A stretch of DNA of 64,000 nucleotides, taken from assembly GCF_006345805.1 (NCBI RefSeq), contig NC_043005.1, positions 64,108,001 to 64,172,000 of the forward strand. The letters run 5' to 3'. This document shows positions 1-12,239 of the stretch, in pieces. Origin of the DNA: Octopus sinensis. Taxonomy: Eukaryota. Every line of letters starts with the position of its first letter. Positions within the stretch are counted from its first letter, which is position 1. The notes beneath the pieces were generated by a model that searched no databases, was not told the DNA's origin, and saw only the letters and a program-made list of their open reading frames with translations. A program made the position numbers and the translations under genes.

Positions 1-165
1 TACGTTCTGAGTTCAAATTCTGCCGTGGTCGACTTTGCCTTTCATCCTTTCGGGTTCGATAAATTAAGTACCAGTTACGCACTGGGGTCGATATAATCGA
101 CTTAATCCCTTTGTCTGCCCTTGTTTGTCCCCCCCTATGTTTGGCCCCTTGTGAGCAATAAATAA
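1..165 (+). mobile_element. SINE family A (Nin-domain-like tRNA SINE), cut by window start
   Basis: B-box-like GAGTTCAAATTC followed by GCCTTTCATCCTTTCGGG..GATAAATTAAGTACCAG; same sequence recurs at 1411, 15030, 34531, 44050, 52400, 55880. Confidence 0.85.
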
Positions 166-239
166 ATATGAATTGATAGATACGTTATTAAAGATGCTGC
201 TATTCAGTTCTAGATTAACTTCGAATTAATAGTTGTGAA

Positions 240-450
240 GACTTACAGCTTTAGCAAAACTGTATTTTCAGTGATCAAACAGCTCCCTAATCATTGGCAT
301 TCCAGGCGTGACCATCCTATCTTTTTGAATGTCTAAAACTACATCTTCCAATGTGTCATTCCTCTTGCTTTGCGTAAGATTTAAGAGAAAATATGCTACT
401 ATTTTTAACACATCGTGTGAAGTCGTAGCAGTTCCTCTCCTTCGTTAAAT
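240..450 (+). repeat. Degenerate dispersed repeat family D
   Basis: Motifs CATTCCAG.CGTGACCATCC and GCT.CTATTT.TA shared with copies near 1050-1240(-), 6500-6660(-), 16830-17040(+), 21370-21580(-), 23240-23400(-), 25670-26200(+), 47000-47180(-). Confidence 0.6.
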
Positions 451-699
451 CAATAGAGATGATGTTGAGGAGAGCGGTGATTACAGAGGCGATGGCGTTT
501 AGAGGACGTCATTGGACTTAGTGAAAGCGGGGACAAACCATATAGAATTGCGCCATTATTTGTATCTATTCTATATGATACAAATAATGTAATACTAATA
601 GATGATGGATAGTATGATTACTATGACAACGGCGATAATAATGTAAATGGTTAATTATGCTTTAAAAAAATAATAAAACGAGGCATATATATGATCTAC

Positions 700-890
700 A
701 TATATGTATGTCTCTTCTATTTTTTAATTATTATAAATTTTCCACTGAAGAGGGAGCCGGTTTTCAACAGAGAGACAAGGCTCCATCTTTGGGATGTAGT
801 TAACACAGACAAATTCACATTTAGAACTTGAGAAAAATCTTGCATATTTATGCTGTTCCACTCACAGATTGCATTTGTAATGTACGGATA
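700..890 (-). mobile_element. 3'-end fragment related to the R4/Dong-like LINE, adjacent to (TATG)n
   Basis: GAGCCGGTTTTCAAC...CAAGGCTCC..TTGG resembles the LINE 3' UTR stem at 57250-57310 and 33995-34050; (TATG)n at 888-952. Confidence 0.4.
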
Positions 891-1410
891 TGTATGTATG
901 CATGTATGTATGTATGTATGTATGTATGTATGTATGTATGTATGTATGTATGATTAATTGCAATTAGCACATCAGCAAAATATACTATTAAAAATTAATG
1001 GTAGTTTAATTTGCGAATGCGCGATTCTTGTTCTCATAATATACAAGTTAAATTATTTTCTATATTCTGCTTCTAAGATGTTGTTCGACAAGTTAGAAAT
1101 AGCAGTAAAATCTTCCCTAAATTCCCCCTATCCATTTAAATAAGAAAATAGAACCAAATAACCTATGATTAAAGGCATGGTTGGTATGCCTTCAGCCATA
1201 GGTTATCTCGATCAGGATTGATCTGCGACGAATCAATAGCAATCATAAATTTACTGATCCAAATATATAGAGTGAATCAATGAAGGAGCCACAATTCAAG
1301 AAGATCAGTGCGCGATGTTCAGCTGTCAAAAATACAATACGAAAATTAGAGATAATTTGGGAAATACGTTTCGCTTCACAGTACTATTTTCTAATACATA
1401 ACTTAATTTA

Positions 1411-1625
1411 AGCGGGTAGCTGGCCGAATCGTTAGCACGCCGGACAAAATGTTTAGCAGGATTAGGTCCACCTTGATGTTCCGAGTTCAAATTCTGCCGA
1501 GGTTGGATTTGCCTTTCAACATTTCGTGATCAAGGAAATAAGTACAACTTGAACACTAGGGTCGATGTAAGCGACCAGCCCCCACCCTCAATACTTCAGG
1601 CTCTTGAATCTATAATAGAGAGGAA
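1411..1625 (+). mobile_element. SINE family A, diverged copy
   Basis: GCTGGCCGAATCGTTAGCACGCCGG head, GAGTTCAAATTC, degenerate Nin-like core. Confidence 0.8.
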
Positions 1626-1639
1626 TATATAAAATTACG

Positions 1640-2090
1640 ATTATGTAACTATTTTGAAAAACTTCTGATGTGAAATTGTGTATTGAAACAAATATCGTTA
1701 TATTTCGGGACGGTCATTTTTTTCCCTTTTGTCAATTAAACACGCACTATATATTCGTTCTTCACTTCAGATTGGTTATAGTTCCTATTTTATGTCCTTT
1801 GTCTAGAAAGCTTTCGTCACACATTCGGTGACCTCTTCAGCCACACTCCATCCCGCGTGTCTTGTCCTATTCTGCTTAGTCCATCAGAACAAGAGAAGAC
1901 ACGCAGGATGGAGAGTCGCTGAAGAGGTCACAGGCTGTGTGACGAAAGATTTCCAGACAAATGGCATAAAATCAGAACAATAATACATTTGAAGTGAAGA
2001 AAGAAGTGCGTGTTTATTTGTCAAAAAATGACCGTCCCGAAATATAACAATATATATCTAAACAACTTCTATCAAAAATCCATTTACATT
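1640..2090. mobile_element. Imperfect fold-back element (Penelope-like pLTR pair) with a hammerhead-like core in each arm
   Basis: ~1690-1874 is the approximate reverse complement of ~1885-2055; cores CTGAAGA-G-GTCAC..GTGAC-GAAA at 1919-1947(+) and 1840-1812(-); third copy at 63110-63375. Confidence 0.7.
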
Positions 2091-2932
2091 TTTTGCTATA
2101 TTATAGGAATATATATCAAACCCAGTTCTTGACAGTCATTATATTATCGATCTTGGAAGTAATAAATGCAAGGTTAATCTACCCAAGATTTCAACACAGG
2201 AGTTGCAGGAACCGTCACAAAACACAGCAAAGCATCCTTTTATTTGACGCTCTAACGATGTGCAAATCCAGTATGTAAACCTATTTCCATACATAAAGCA
2301 CAAATGCTTATTTATATTTACCTACTCCAGTCAATCGAACTATAAATAATTTAATATATTGTTTCCCCTTACCAGTATAAATCGGTTACCCACCCTATTG
2401 ATATTTTCGAAGAATCTGTGTTATCCATGCACGACAAGCATGTGAACTGAATCGATGCAATGTATAGCTACTTTCTCGAAAGAAAACATATTACTTGCAT
2501 TGGATTGGAAGACATTATGCACGAGCAAATAGGTCTACGCTGCATACTCACTCCCACCAGTGCGTTTTTATATACGTATATGAACACATCAGCTGGATAT
2601 AGTGTTTGTTGTCGCCACAAGACATGCTCCCGTGCTAAACATACTACTCAGGGATAAAATATAAGCATACATACTGTAGACTATTTCTGTGCACGTTATG
2701 ACTTCTGCTTGACTTAATCTTTGCGCTCTGTATGCGTGTATAGTCAGATTTGCAAACAAATTATAACTAGATTAAATTACGATACTGACAGATTTTTTTC
2801 AGGAATAAGGAAAGCTTACTATCTAGAAGCATGTGCCACGTGGGTTAGCTAGTATACACTGTACACAGAATATATGACCAGGCAAATATATATACATGTG
2901 TGTGAGTGTGTATTTAGTGGGGTGCGTGTATG

Positions 2933-2983
<51 letters not shown>

Positions 2984-3185
2984 CGTGTGTGTGTGTGTGT
3001 GTATACACACACGTACATTGCTTAATGTTGGAGGAAACAGGAAGAAATGGACAATGTATGTCGTAGAGGTTATGTTGTTTTATTAAAACTCTCCCTTATA
3101 ATTTTAAAAAACTATATACGCACACACACATTCACGCGCACTCGACGTACGGATACGCATATGTACACACACAAACACACACATA

Positions 3186-4292
3186 TACATTCCACAAAAA
3201 GTCACCTGGTGATTTGAAATATTTTAAAATATTTTATAATTTATAAATATAATTTCCACACTTTTTTAGTATTCAAAAATAGTTTTATACAGAGTAAAGA
3301 TTTAAGCATAATATATATGGTCCTATTTAATTATGAAAAATTTATATTGCGTGACAGACCTCCAATTTCGACTTCACAGACTCGTGGTGGGCAAAAAATT
3401 TCGGAAGTTCACGAAATTATTCGACGGCTAAAAGTTTGCGTTAGAAGTTCCATAGATGCTTCGTCGCTCCATCTTATTGAAACCAAATCTCAGGTTTGTT
3501 CTGCACGCTGCTGATCATGACCCGATAGCACTCACTAGTGATTGCAATTGCATTGACATTTTCATTTTCAAAAATTATAAAGTCCAGTGATTATTTCTGA
3601 CATTACACCACATGAGACAGTGTTTCTGAAAAGATGCGGCTTGCGTTGATGAATATTCCTAGAATCCTCTAATCCCCAAATCCAACAATTCTCGTTATTA
3701 ACAAAACTGTCTAAATAAAAATAAGCATCGTCACTCATAATCAACTTATAAATAAATTCGTTGTCTTCAAAAGTCGCCCTTTGAATCTTGACCGAGTTAT
3801 TTAAGCATTTTTTATGATCTGTCGGTTGTAAATTCTGTACCAATTTTAGTTTGTATGAGTACAGATGCAAATCTTAGTATGCGATGCAATAACGTCCGAG
3901 ATATCCTGAACTGGTCAGAGCGTCTGCGAATCGATGTTCCTGGATTTTGTTCAACGCGGTCTTGCACACGCTCACGATTCATCTGCGAAGTCATAGTACG
4001 TGGTCTTCCACATCATGGTAAGTCACTCACTGAACCATATTTCCTACAACACTGAATCAACAGATGAATCATGAAATTGGATGATGGTTTTCTGGCACTG
4101 AAGCGTCGGCATAATTCGCTTCGGGTGCAAATGGTGGATTGGTTAAATATAAAATACATTGTTCACATGTGGAGTTTTCCATGGATAATTTTCTCATGCT
4201 AATCTAAGTTCTGAAAAGAAAAAGAAATAAGTATGAAAACTCTAACGTTATGACATTTTGGAATTCTTTGGTAAGTTTTGAGACACCCTGTA
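3186..4292 (-). mobile_element. Decayed Tc1/mariner-superfamily transposon (rosa/maT-like transposase pseudogene)
   Basis: ORF pieces VEQNPGTSIRRRSDQFRISRTLLHRILR, YKLKLVQNLQPTD, MSDDAYFYLDSFVNNENCWIWG, plus WFQ*DGATKH and CPPR read manually; terminus TA-CAGGGTGTCTCAAAAC at 4292-4275; stops and frameshifts. Confidence 0.85.
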
Positions 4293-4372
4293 TACACAAA
4301 CAGAAACATATATCTGTGTGTGTGTGTGTGTGTGTATTATGTATGTATGTATGTGTGTGTGTATGTATGTAT

Positions 4373-4544
4373 AGACATAGGAGTGGCTGTGTGGTAAGTA
4401 GCTTACTTACGAACCACATGGTTCCGGGTTCAGTCCCACTGCGTGGCATCTTGGGCAAGTATCTTCTACTATAGCTTCGGGCTGACCAAAGCCTTGTGAG
4501 TGGATTTCGTAGACGGAAACTGAAAGAACCCCGTCGTATATACG

Positions 4545-4633
<89 letters not shown>

Positions 4634-4865
4634 TGTGTGTGTGTGTATGTATGTTTGTGTGTCTGCGTTTGTCCCGCTAACATCGCTTGACAACTGATGC
4701 TGGTGTGTTTACGTCCCCGTAACATAGGGGTTCGTGAAAAAAGACTGATAGAATAAGTACTAGGCTTACAAAGAATAAGTCCTGAGGTCGATTTGCTCGA
4801 CAAAAGGCAGTACTCCAACATGACCACAGTCAAATGACTAAAACAAGTAAAAGAGTAAAAGAGTA
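4373..4865 (+). mobile_element. SINE family B, full length, with internal (TA)n(TG)n
   Basis: A-box-like GTGGCTGTGTGGT, B-box-like GGTTCAGTCCC, body ending GACTAAAACAAGTAAAAGAGTAAAAGAGT; many copies in window. Confidence 0.9.
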
Positions 4866-5154
4866 TGTATATGGTGCACCAGAACGTTAAAAAATGGTTT
4901 GAAATTTTGAAATTTTCATAAAGATTTAATTAAATAAATATAATCAATATGCAAAAATATGATACTATTTCTAGTTTCGTATTAACTTTTCGGGAAACTT
5001 GTATATACACATTCATATCTGGATTCATAAAGGAATTAAATTATCTTTTGGGCTACAATGGTTTCAGTGTTTTTTTGTATTTTTTCTATCTCTAAGGAAA
5101 TATAAGAAATATTATGAAAATATATTTTTTTAACATTCTTTAGTAATATGGTAT

Positions 5155-5376
5155 TTACTCTTTTACTCTTTTACTTGTTTCAGTCATTTGACTGTGGCCA
5201 TGCTGGAGCACCGCCTTTAGTCGAGCCTAGTACTTATTCTATCGATCTCTTTTGCCGAACCGCTAGATACGGAAACGTAAACACACCACCATCGGTTGTC
5301 AAGTGATGTTGGGGGACAAACACAGACACACAGACATATACATACACACATACACACACACACAAACACATACACA

Positions 5377-5408
<32 letters not shown>

Positions 5409-5706
5409 CTTTATTTAAAAGCATCAGAAAATTCAACATAACCTGTTACTCTGAGTTTCACGTTCCCGTTCGAACGGGAATGTGAAGCTCAGAGTAACAG
5501 TTTTGTTGAATTTTCTGCTGCTTTTAAATAAACCATATAACTCTACCACTGGTATTTGAGTACTCTTTTTCCAACCTTGTTTCACATTTATGTGTTTACT
5601 CCGGTATATATATATATAATATATATATATATTATATATATATATATATGTGTGTGTTTACTCCGGTATATATATATATATATATATAATATATAATATA
5701 TATATA

Positions 5707-5762
<56 letters not shown>

Positions 5763-5925
5763 GACGGACTTCTTTCAGTTTCCGTCTACCAACTCCACTC
5801 ACAAGGTTTTGGTCGGCCCGAGGCTATAATAGAATACACTTGCCCAAGTTGCCACGCACTGGGACTGAACCCGGAACCATGTGGTTCGTAAGTAAGCTAC
5901 TTACCGCACAGTCACTCGTGCGCTT
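5155..5925 (-). mobile_element. SINE family B whose internal microsatellite hosts a nested insert
   Basis: 3' half at 5155-5330, 5' half at 5760-5925, both reverse complements of the 4373 copy. Confidence 0.85.
5410..5610. mobile_element. Fold-back insert (about 122-bp hairpin plus tail), Penelope-like terminal fragment with the 3' half of a hammerhead-like core
   Basis: 5410-5532 is a near-perfect palindrome centred on GTTCGAAC; minus arm reads CGA-ACG-GGAA-CGT-GAAA-CTC-A-GAG-TA-ACAG; flanked by (TA)n. Confidence 0.6.
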
Positions 5926-6772
5926 ATTTCTTCAACAATTTTTGAATTAATCTTTTTTCTTTCTATACCCAACTTCCCTATTTCCCTTAATAATAACCCT
6001 CAATCCTGGAGGATAATCTCCCTTAATGACATGTTATTTTTCCCTCAACTCGAAGAAACTGCATCGTTTCTGTTGTCTTAATCATTTGTTTTATATCTGT
6101 TTATATCTGTGTGTGTATGTGTGTCTGTGTTTTCTGTGTGTGAGTAATACCACTTGTGTAGGTCCAGTGAATTTACAATCACATTTAACAGAGTTATTCA
6201 CTTTAACGGAAGAGAAATTGAGTATAAAAAATATATTTGAAAACTTCTTGTTTTGTTTTTGTTTTGGTTTTTTTCCCCATATTTATTACAAAATGAAGGA
6301 AAGAGACCATTAGTAAATTGGCTTCTATTCTTAAAACAGTTTGGCAAAGAATACAAAAAACTGTGAATATATTTCCATATTACTATTTGCTAACAAATCT
6401 ATATTTTTCAGTGTAGTAGAGATTTGTTAGCAAATTTGAACTTTATATATAATTTAACTACATCCACTTTTGCTAAACCAGCTATAGAGAAGTTTCCGCT
6501 TGGTCATAAATCTTAGCCCAGTCAAATCACGCTTCAAAATAGAAAGACGCAATGAATAATGCACTCTTACGACCGGAGAAAAGACGGAGCAGCCACAGCT
6601 AGGATGTCTATGATCAAAGATCAGCTCCATGAGTATTCACTTGGGCTAATTTACAGCTTATATACTGTATTTTTACATACATGAGATGTAGTATATATAT
6701 GTGTATTTTTTTGATACAAAATCCCTTAACTAGAAAATGAAGACTAAAATTTGTGAAATTACTGGAACTTAC

Positions 6773-7207
6773 CTGAAATTTGTCTCAGGTCCCCATTTAT
6801 TGTATACAAGCTACAGAGATAGCTTTGGAGAATGCAGCTATTTTCTCTTTATAGTTACTGCTGCTGCTGATTGTTGTTAAGCAACGAGACAGGTAAAGGT
6901 GATTAGGTGATGGTCTAGGGCTTAGGGGCGGGAGACCCCAGACCTTGGAGAAAAAAACTTTGGTCGTCTTGTTGTAGTCGAGGGCTCTTCGTTGACGCCC
7001 GACACCACTGGGAGGTGGCCCTCGAAGTCGCTGGAAATGGAGATCTCCAGGTCCAAATTCTTGAACGGCTGCTGCTGCAGTTACTGTTGTGGATGTTTTT
7101 TGTTGTTGTTGTTGCTGATGCTGTCGTTGTTATTATAGTTGCTTTACTTCTTCTTCGTCTTATTACTATTGTCGTTGTTTTTATTATTATCCTTATTGCT
7201 TCTCCTG
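6773..7207 (-). other. Candidate non-coding (5' UTR or lncRNA) exon
   Basis: Locally GC/CpG-rich non-transposon sequence with CAG/CAA triplets, ending at a perfect donor CAG|GTAAGT (GT at 6772-6771); possible acceptor CTAATACTTTATAG near 7208; no frame open throughout. Confidence 0.45.
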
Positions 7208-8021
7208 CTATAAAGTATTAGCTGTTATTTTACACATGATTTTTGATATATGTTTTATTTTGTTTTTTCATCTTTCTTTTGTATTGATTTGAGTTCTTAA
7301 TTTTAATATTTCATTTGTCTTTTCTAATTTTACACTCAGAAATAATATGTGATTGATCCGTAACTATTTTTTTTCCTTACACAATCTTTTTTTTTTTTCA
7401 GATTAGAAATTTTAAAAATCAGTTTTAATTCAGTAATTATTGAATATCTTAGCTATTTTATTGAATGATCGATTGAATATATGTCAGTTAATTGTATTGA
7501 TCGCATGTAATATATACTTATAAATATTTTATTTATTTCTCGTTTTCATTTTAGGTTTCATCAGATTGAAGTTCTTCAGATTATAAATGTTAGTTAATAA
7601 ATTATATATGTGTGGGTGTGTGGGTGTGGGTGTGGATGTGTGTGTGTGTGTGTGTAATTATGTGTATGTGTATTTGAGTGTACCTGCATGTAGATAAACA
7701 ATATTCATAACTACGCACTTGAACACGTGTGCATGTGTGTATATATGTGTGCGTGCGTATATTTGTGGGTGTGCGCACATGTGTATGTATGTGCGTGTGT
7801 GAATGTACATGTATATGTAGGTTGTTAGGTATCATATTAAGCCTAGACTATTTCTAGCACAGTATACGGCAAAATATTCACCCCATCATCAGTTAACAGT
7901 CGATCTTATTGGACAATCGACTGAAAGGAACAACTATTCCGCCCATTTTTTTAACGAGGATAGACACACATACATTATAGTCATTTTTTGACTATATATA
8001 TTTATAGTGACAGTCAGAAAT

Positions 8022-8168
<147 letters not shown>

Positions 8169-8695
8169 ATATAATGTTATCAGTAAGTTTTATAAATATT
8201 TCTCATAGCTTCTTTTTCTTTACAAGGGAAATTGTGCAGACGCAGCTTAAACGAATCACTTAGAAATTCATTTTGCAGCCATAAGTTCCCGGAGTCGATA
8301 TCACTGACTGGCATCTAGGACAAATTTCATTTTCGAGAGCCACATGTGGCCCCTTATTTTGGGAGTGAAATGGGGGATAAAAGTCAGATGTACCTGTAAT
8401 TCAAAAAGTACACCCTTGTTACACAGTATTCTACAGTTGATTCTGCCTGAAAATTACATTCAGGGTGCACGATTCTGTATATTCTTGAGCATAATAACTT
8501 CGGTATAATATTTACTGAGTACTTCATAGGTTTAATCATGTTAAACTGCATTACGAGCTTTGACTCATAAGAAACATAATTTTGAATATATATATTGCTC
8601 TCTACAAAGCATAAGGTTTACATGACCTATATCTGAGATATTGCTTCTCATTCGGTCTATGATTGGCACATTTCACTTAAACTTACTGTTTAGCC

Positions 8696-9240
8696 CAGTG
8701 GTTCCCAAACATTTTCTACTCACGGCGCACCTTACAAAAAGCCAAAATATTTTGACGCACTTTGTACATAAATTCTAAAATTTATTCAAAAAGGGTTTTT
8801 ATACACATTAGCATAGCATAAACTATAAAGTAATATATAGATAATTAAAAATACAGAAAAATTGCGTGTACTTACTCTTTATTCGATATATGAAGCAAAG
8901 TTATCAATGAGAAACATGTTTTTTTTTAACGTTTTCAATATTGGGACGTATTAGAAAAACACAAACCCTCAATTCGATAAAAGGAAACAAAATCTGCAGC
9001 CTTCCGTCTCAATAAACCACAATTGTTCCTGAAAGTTGATTTTTATATTCACTACGGAATGCTTAAAGTTAACTTTCTTTCTACACCTTGATCCCTGGAT
9101 CTTACATTTATATATATGTTTCCCTCTGAAGATATTATGCTCAGGTCATGAATTTAATATTGAATTAGATTCACTGAATATTAATTGAAACAACTGTAAG
9201 AGATGATGATTGATTTTTTTGTTAATAATAAACAATTATT
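8696..9240 (-). mobile_element. hAT (Charlie-like) transposon end with decayed transposase C-terminus
   Basis: TIR CAGTGGTTCCCAAAC at 8696; minus strand gives a degenerate dimerisation-domain tail (PNIENV..KHVSH*). Confidence 0.65.
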
Positions 9241-9575
9241 AACTTCCCGGTCTCCATTATCCAGGTAAAAGTGGTAAAATCTAAGTGAGGTGTATACCGC
9301 CAGCTACTCTTCGGGCCAAGGATAACTTGATTAGATTACAGGCTACATTGTCCTAAGGAGGTATTTATTGGTGCAAAGATTCAATCAAAGTGTGTGGATG
9401 TCACAACATCTGAAGGGTATATAAATGAGGGGTGGAATAAGTAATAGAAGAAGGAAGAAAGGAGGGAATGAAAAATAAATGAATGAATAAAATACAATAA
9501 AATAAAATATTGGGGAATGAGAGAAAAGATGAATTGAACGGGTCGGTGGTAGATAATATAGTAGTTTTAGTTTAA

Positions 9576-10274
9576 TTACAGAATTCAATAGTGAGATTGC
9601 CATTTGAAGAGAAGAGGAATTTTAGGAGAGGGTACAAATGAAAATATGTATGAATAAAGCAAGGTAGGCTGGGGAGTTTAAGCGCGACTAGTGGTTTTAT
9701 GGTCAAAATGCGTAAATTGGTACGAGAAAACAAAATCAATGAAGTGGTGAAGATGTATGTAGGCGTATGTATTTCTACGTTTACGGGTGGCATGGGTAGG
9801 AGGAGAGAGGTCACTAAATCTATTCTCGAAATACAAATAATTACAACTGCACCTCGCCCTTGTGCCCCCCCCCCCATAACTCTCATATATTCTTTTTCTC
9901 ACTCATCCACCCTCACTAACCACTGAGTATTAAACCAATAATATTCTTTCTTCCCTTTTAATTCCTTAATCGTCAATTACAATTTTCTATTCGTATTTTT
10001 ACTAACTTCCTAAAATATTCTTCTCCCCTTATATTTCAGCCCCCTCCACCCGTAAACGTACAAATACATGGGCCTTCATACATCTTCACCATTTCATTCG
10101 CTTTTCTTTTTCTTGTATCAATTTACGCCTTTTGACCATAAAACCACTAGCCATGCTTAAATTCCCCACCCCACATTGCTTTTATTCATACATACTTTCT
10201 CTTATCCTCCAATACCAAACATATTTCCATATCCTCTCCTTTCCAATGCCAATCTCACTACTGAATGCTGTAAA
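9576..10274. repeat. Long imperfect inverted repeat (arms ~9576-9870 and ~9965-10274)
   Basis: e.g. CTAGTGGTTTTATGGTCAAAA vs TTTTGACCATAAAACCACTAG; TACGTTTACGGGTGG vs CCACCCGTAAACGTA; TTACAGAATTCAATAGTGAGATTG vs CAATCTCACTACTGAATGCTGTAA. Confidence 0.85.
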
Positions 10275-10352
10275 CACACCAGTATCGTTGCGGGGACAAA
10301 CACAGACACAAACATAAATATATACAGATATATATATATATATATATATATA

Positions 10353-10426
<74 letters not shown>

Positions 10427-10680
10427 CTACAAAATTAGAAAATGGAGAAACATACTTAAATCAATAGAACATCAACTATCAGATGATACCCAATCGATAT
10501 TTTATTACACCATTACATATCAGTAAAGGCATTATTATTACCTTTACCCATATAATACAATAGATGAACTGATTGTTTGACAATTTTTAACATCTGTGTA
10601 TTAGTCTTGTTGGGTACCTATCTAGCAGTATATTGGATATATGTTATCCCATGGTGGGTTGAATTTTCAACCCTTATCTC

Positions 10681-10718
<38 letters not shown>

Positions 10719-10860
10719 ACGGGCTTCTTTCAGTTTCCATCTACCAAATCCACTCACAAGACTTTGGTCGGTCCGAGGCTACTAGCCCAAGGTGCCATGC
10801 AGTGAAAGTACACCCGGAACCATGTGGCTGGAGGGCAAGATTCTTACCACAGAGCCACAC
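10270..10860 (-). mobile_element. SINE family B interrupted by (TA)n and an unrelated ~255-bp insert (10428-10683)
   Basis: SINE pieces at 10270-10315 and 10715-10860. Confidence 0.75.
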
Positions 10861-10965
10861 ATTTACAGAGGAACAGATAGGGAGATAAAAAGAGGAGATC
10901 AATATATGACGAGACAGCATATCTAGTCAACTAGCATGTAAGACAGACAGACAGATAGATAGAAT

Positions 10966-11110
<145 letters not shown>

Positions 11111-12239
11111 ATAAATAGATAGATGGCTAAGTGAATTTACTAAATAAATAACTTTTATTCTGAAATCATACTGTATTAGCCTTTACAATTGTATATATAT
11201 ATATATATATAATATTATCGCATAATTGTGGTATATATTAGAAATTAATGGCCAATTTCCCATTTTATGTTAAGTGCCGAGATTTTTAAAACTAAAATCT
11301 TTGAATGTATTATATTTAGGATTAACTTGAGCGTTTAAATTTGAAGATTTAGCTTTGAATTTTTATTTATCCAATACTGAACGCTTTCTTAAGAATGCTT
11401 GAACAACCTATAAATATCGAAAAATTTTCCAAGTTTCAACTTAAAGGGTTTAGAACATTTAAATACCTGTCTTAGTATTTGATATAACAGTTTTTCTATT
11501 TCTATTTATTATAATTTTCATTTTATTTCCTCCGATCTAAATTCAATCATCTTTTAGTATATTTTATATCTTTGCTATATAATTTATTAACTTTATTCTA
11601 CTGTTTATATACAACGATATTATCTATAAAAAATAAAATTAGAATAAAATGCAAAAATAATGTAACTGGGCAAATAACAATTATGTTATCTTAAAACATC
11701 ATTCGCGTCTCTTAAATGTACAAACTGTTTTTCACTTTATTATCAGGAAGAATCATAAATCAACTTTATCATTGACGTATGTTTATATTCAATTTAAACT
11801 GGAAAATTAAACTCTATAGAGCTAATGATATTTAAGACGATACAGCTGATATTAAAATATTGTAAATTCCTTTAAAGCTCGAAAGGGATTTTAAGAGCAG
11901 GCGTTTGGTTTTATTTCCTTGACTTTGAGTGAATAAAAGAAATGAAAATCTCCCTTGAATACAAAACCAGTCAATTTTTATTGCACGATACGAATTATTA
12001 GATTAATAGTGTCATGCAGAATTAATTGTATTGTTTCAATATATGACAGCTGGGTGCCGGATTTTAAAATACTTAGAAAGGTCTAAAACACAATTTAGAA
12101 GTTAGTCTTTATTCTTAGTTTCATAACAGATCCACCATCTTGGATAGCACGATTGATTAACTAAAATTAAGAATTTGTCACCTCACCCGCCATGATCGGT
12201 TTAAAGTTTCAGGCGTATGTTATATCTCACGTGATTAAG

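Noticed and set aside
746-790. CTGAAGA followed by a GGAGCC/GGCTCC stem
   Set aside because: No GAAA or stem III; resembles the antisense of the RLE LINE 3' UTR hairpin
6855-6892. Possible plus-strand micro-exon (TTTATAG...CAG|GTAAAG)
   Set aside because: Weaker donor than the minus-strand site and no partner exons identified
7015-7221. Plus-strand hydrophobic 68-aa ORF
   Set aside because: GTG start; hydrophobicity comes from GTT/ATT triplet repeats
7540-7580. Minus-strand CTGATGA...GAAA; other lone CTGANGA hits near 9126, 30965, 33185, 46787
   Set aside because: No stems I-III; expected by chance
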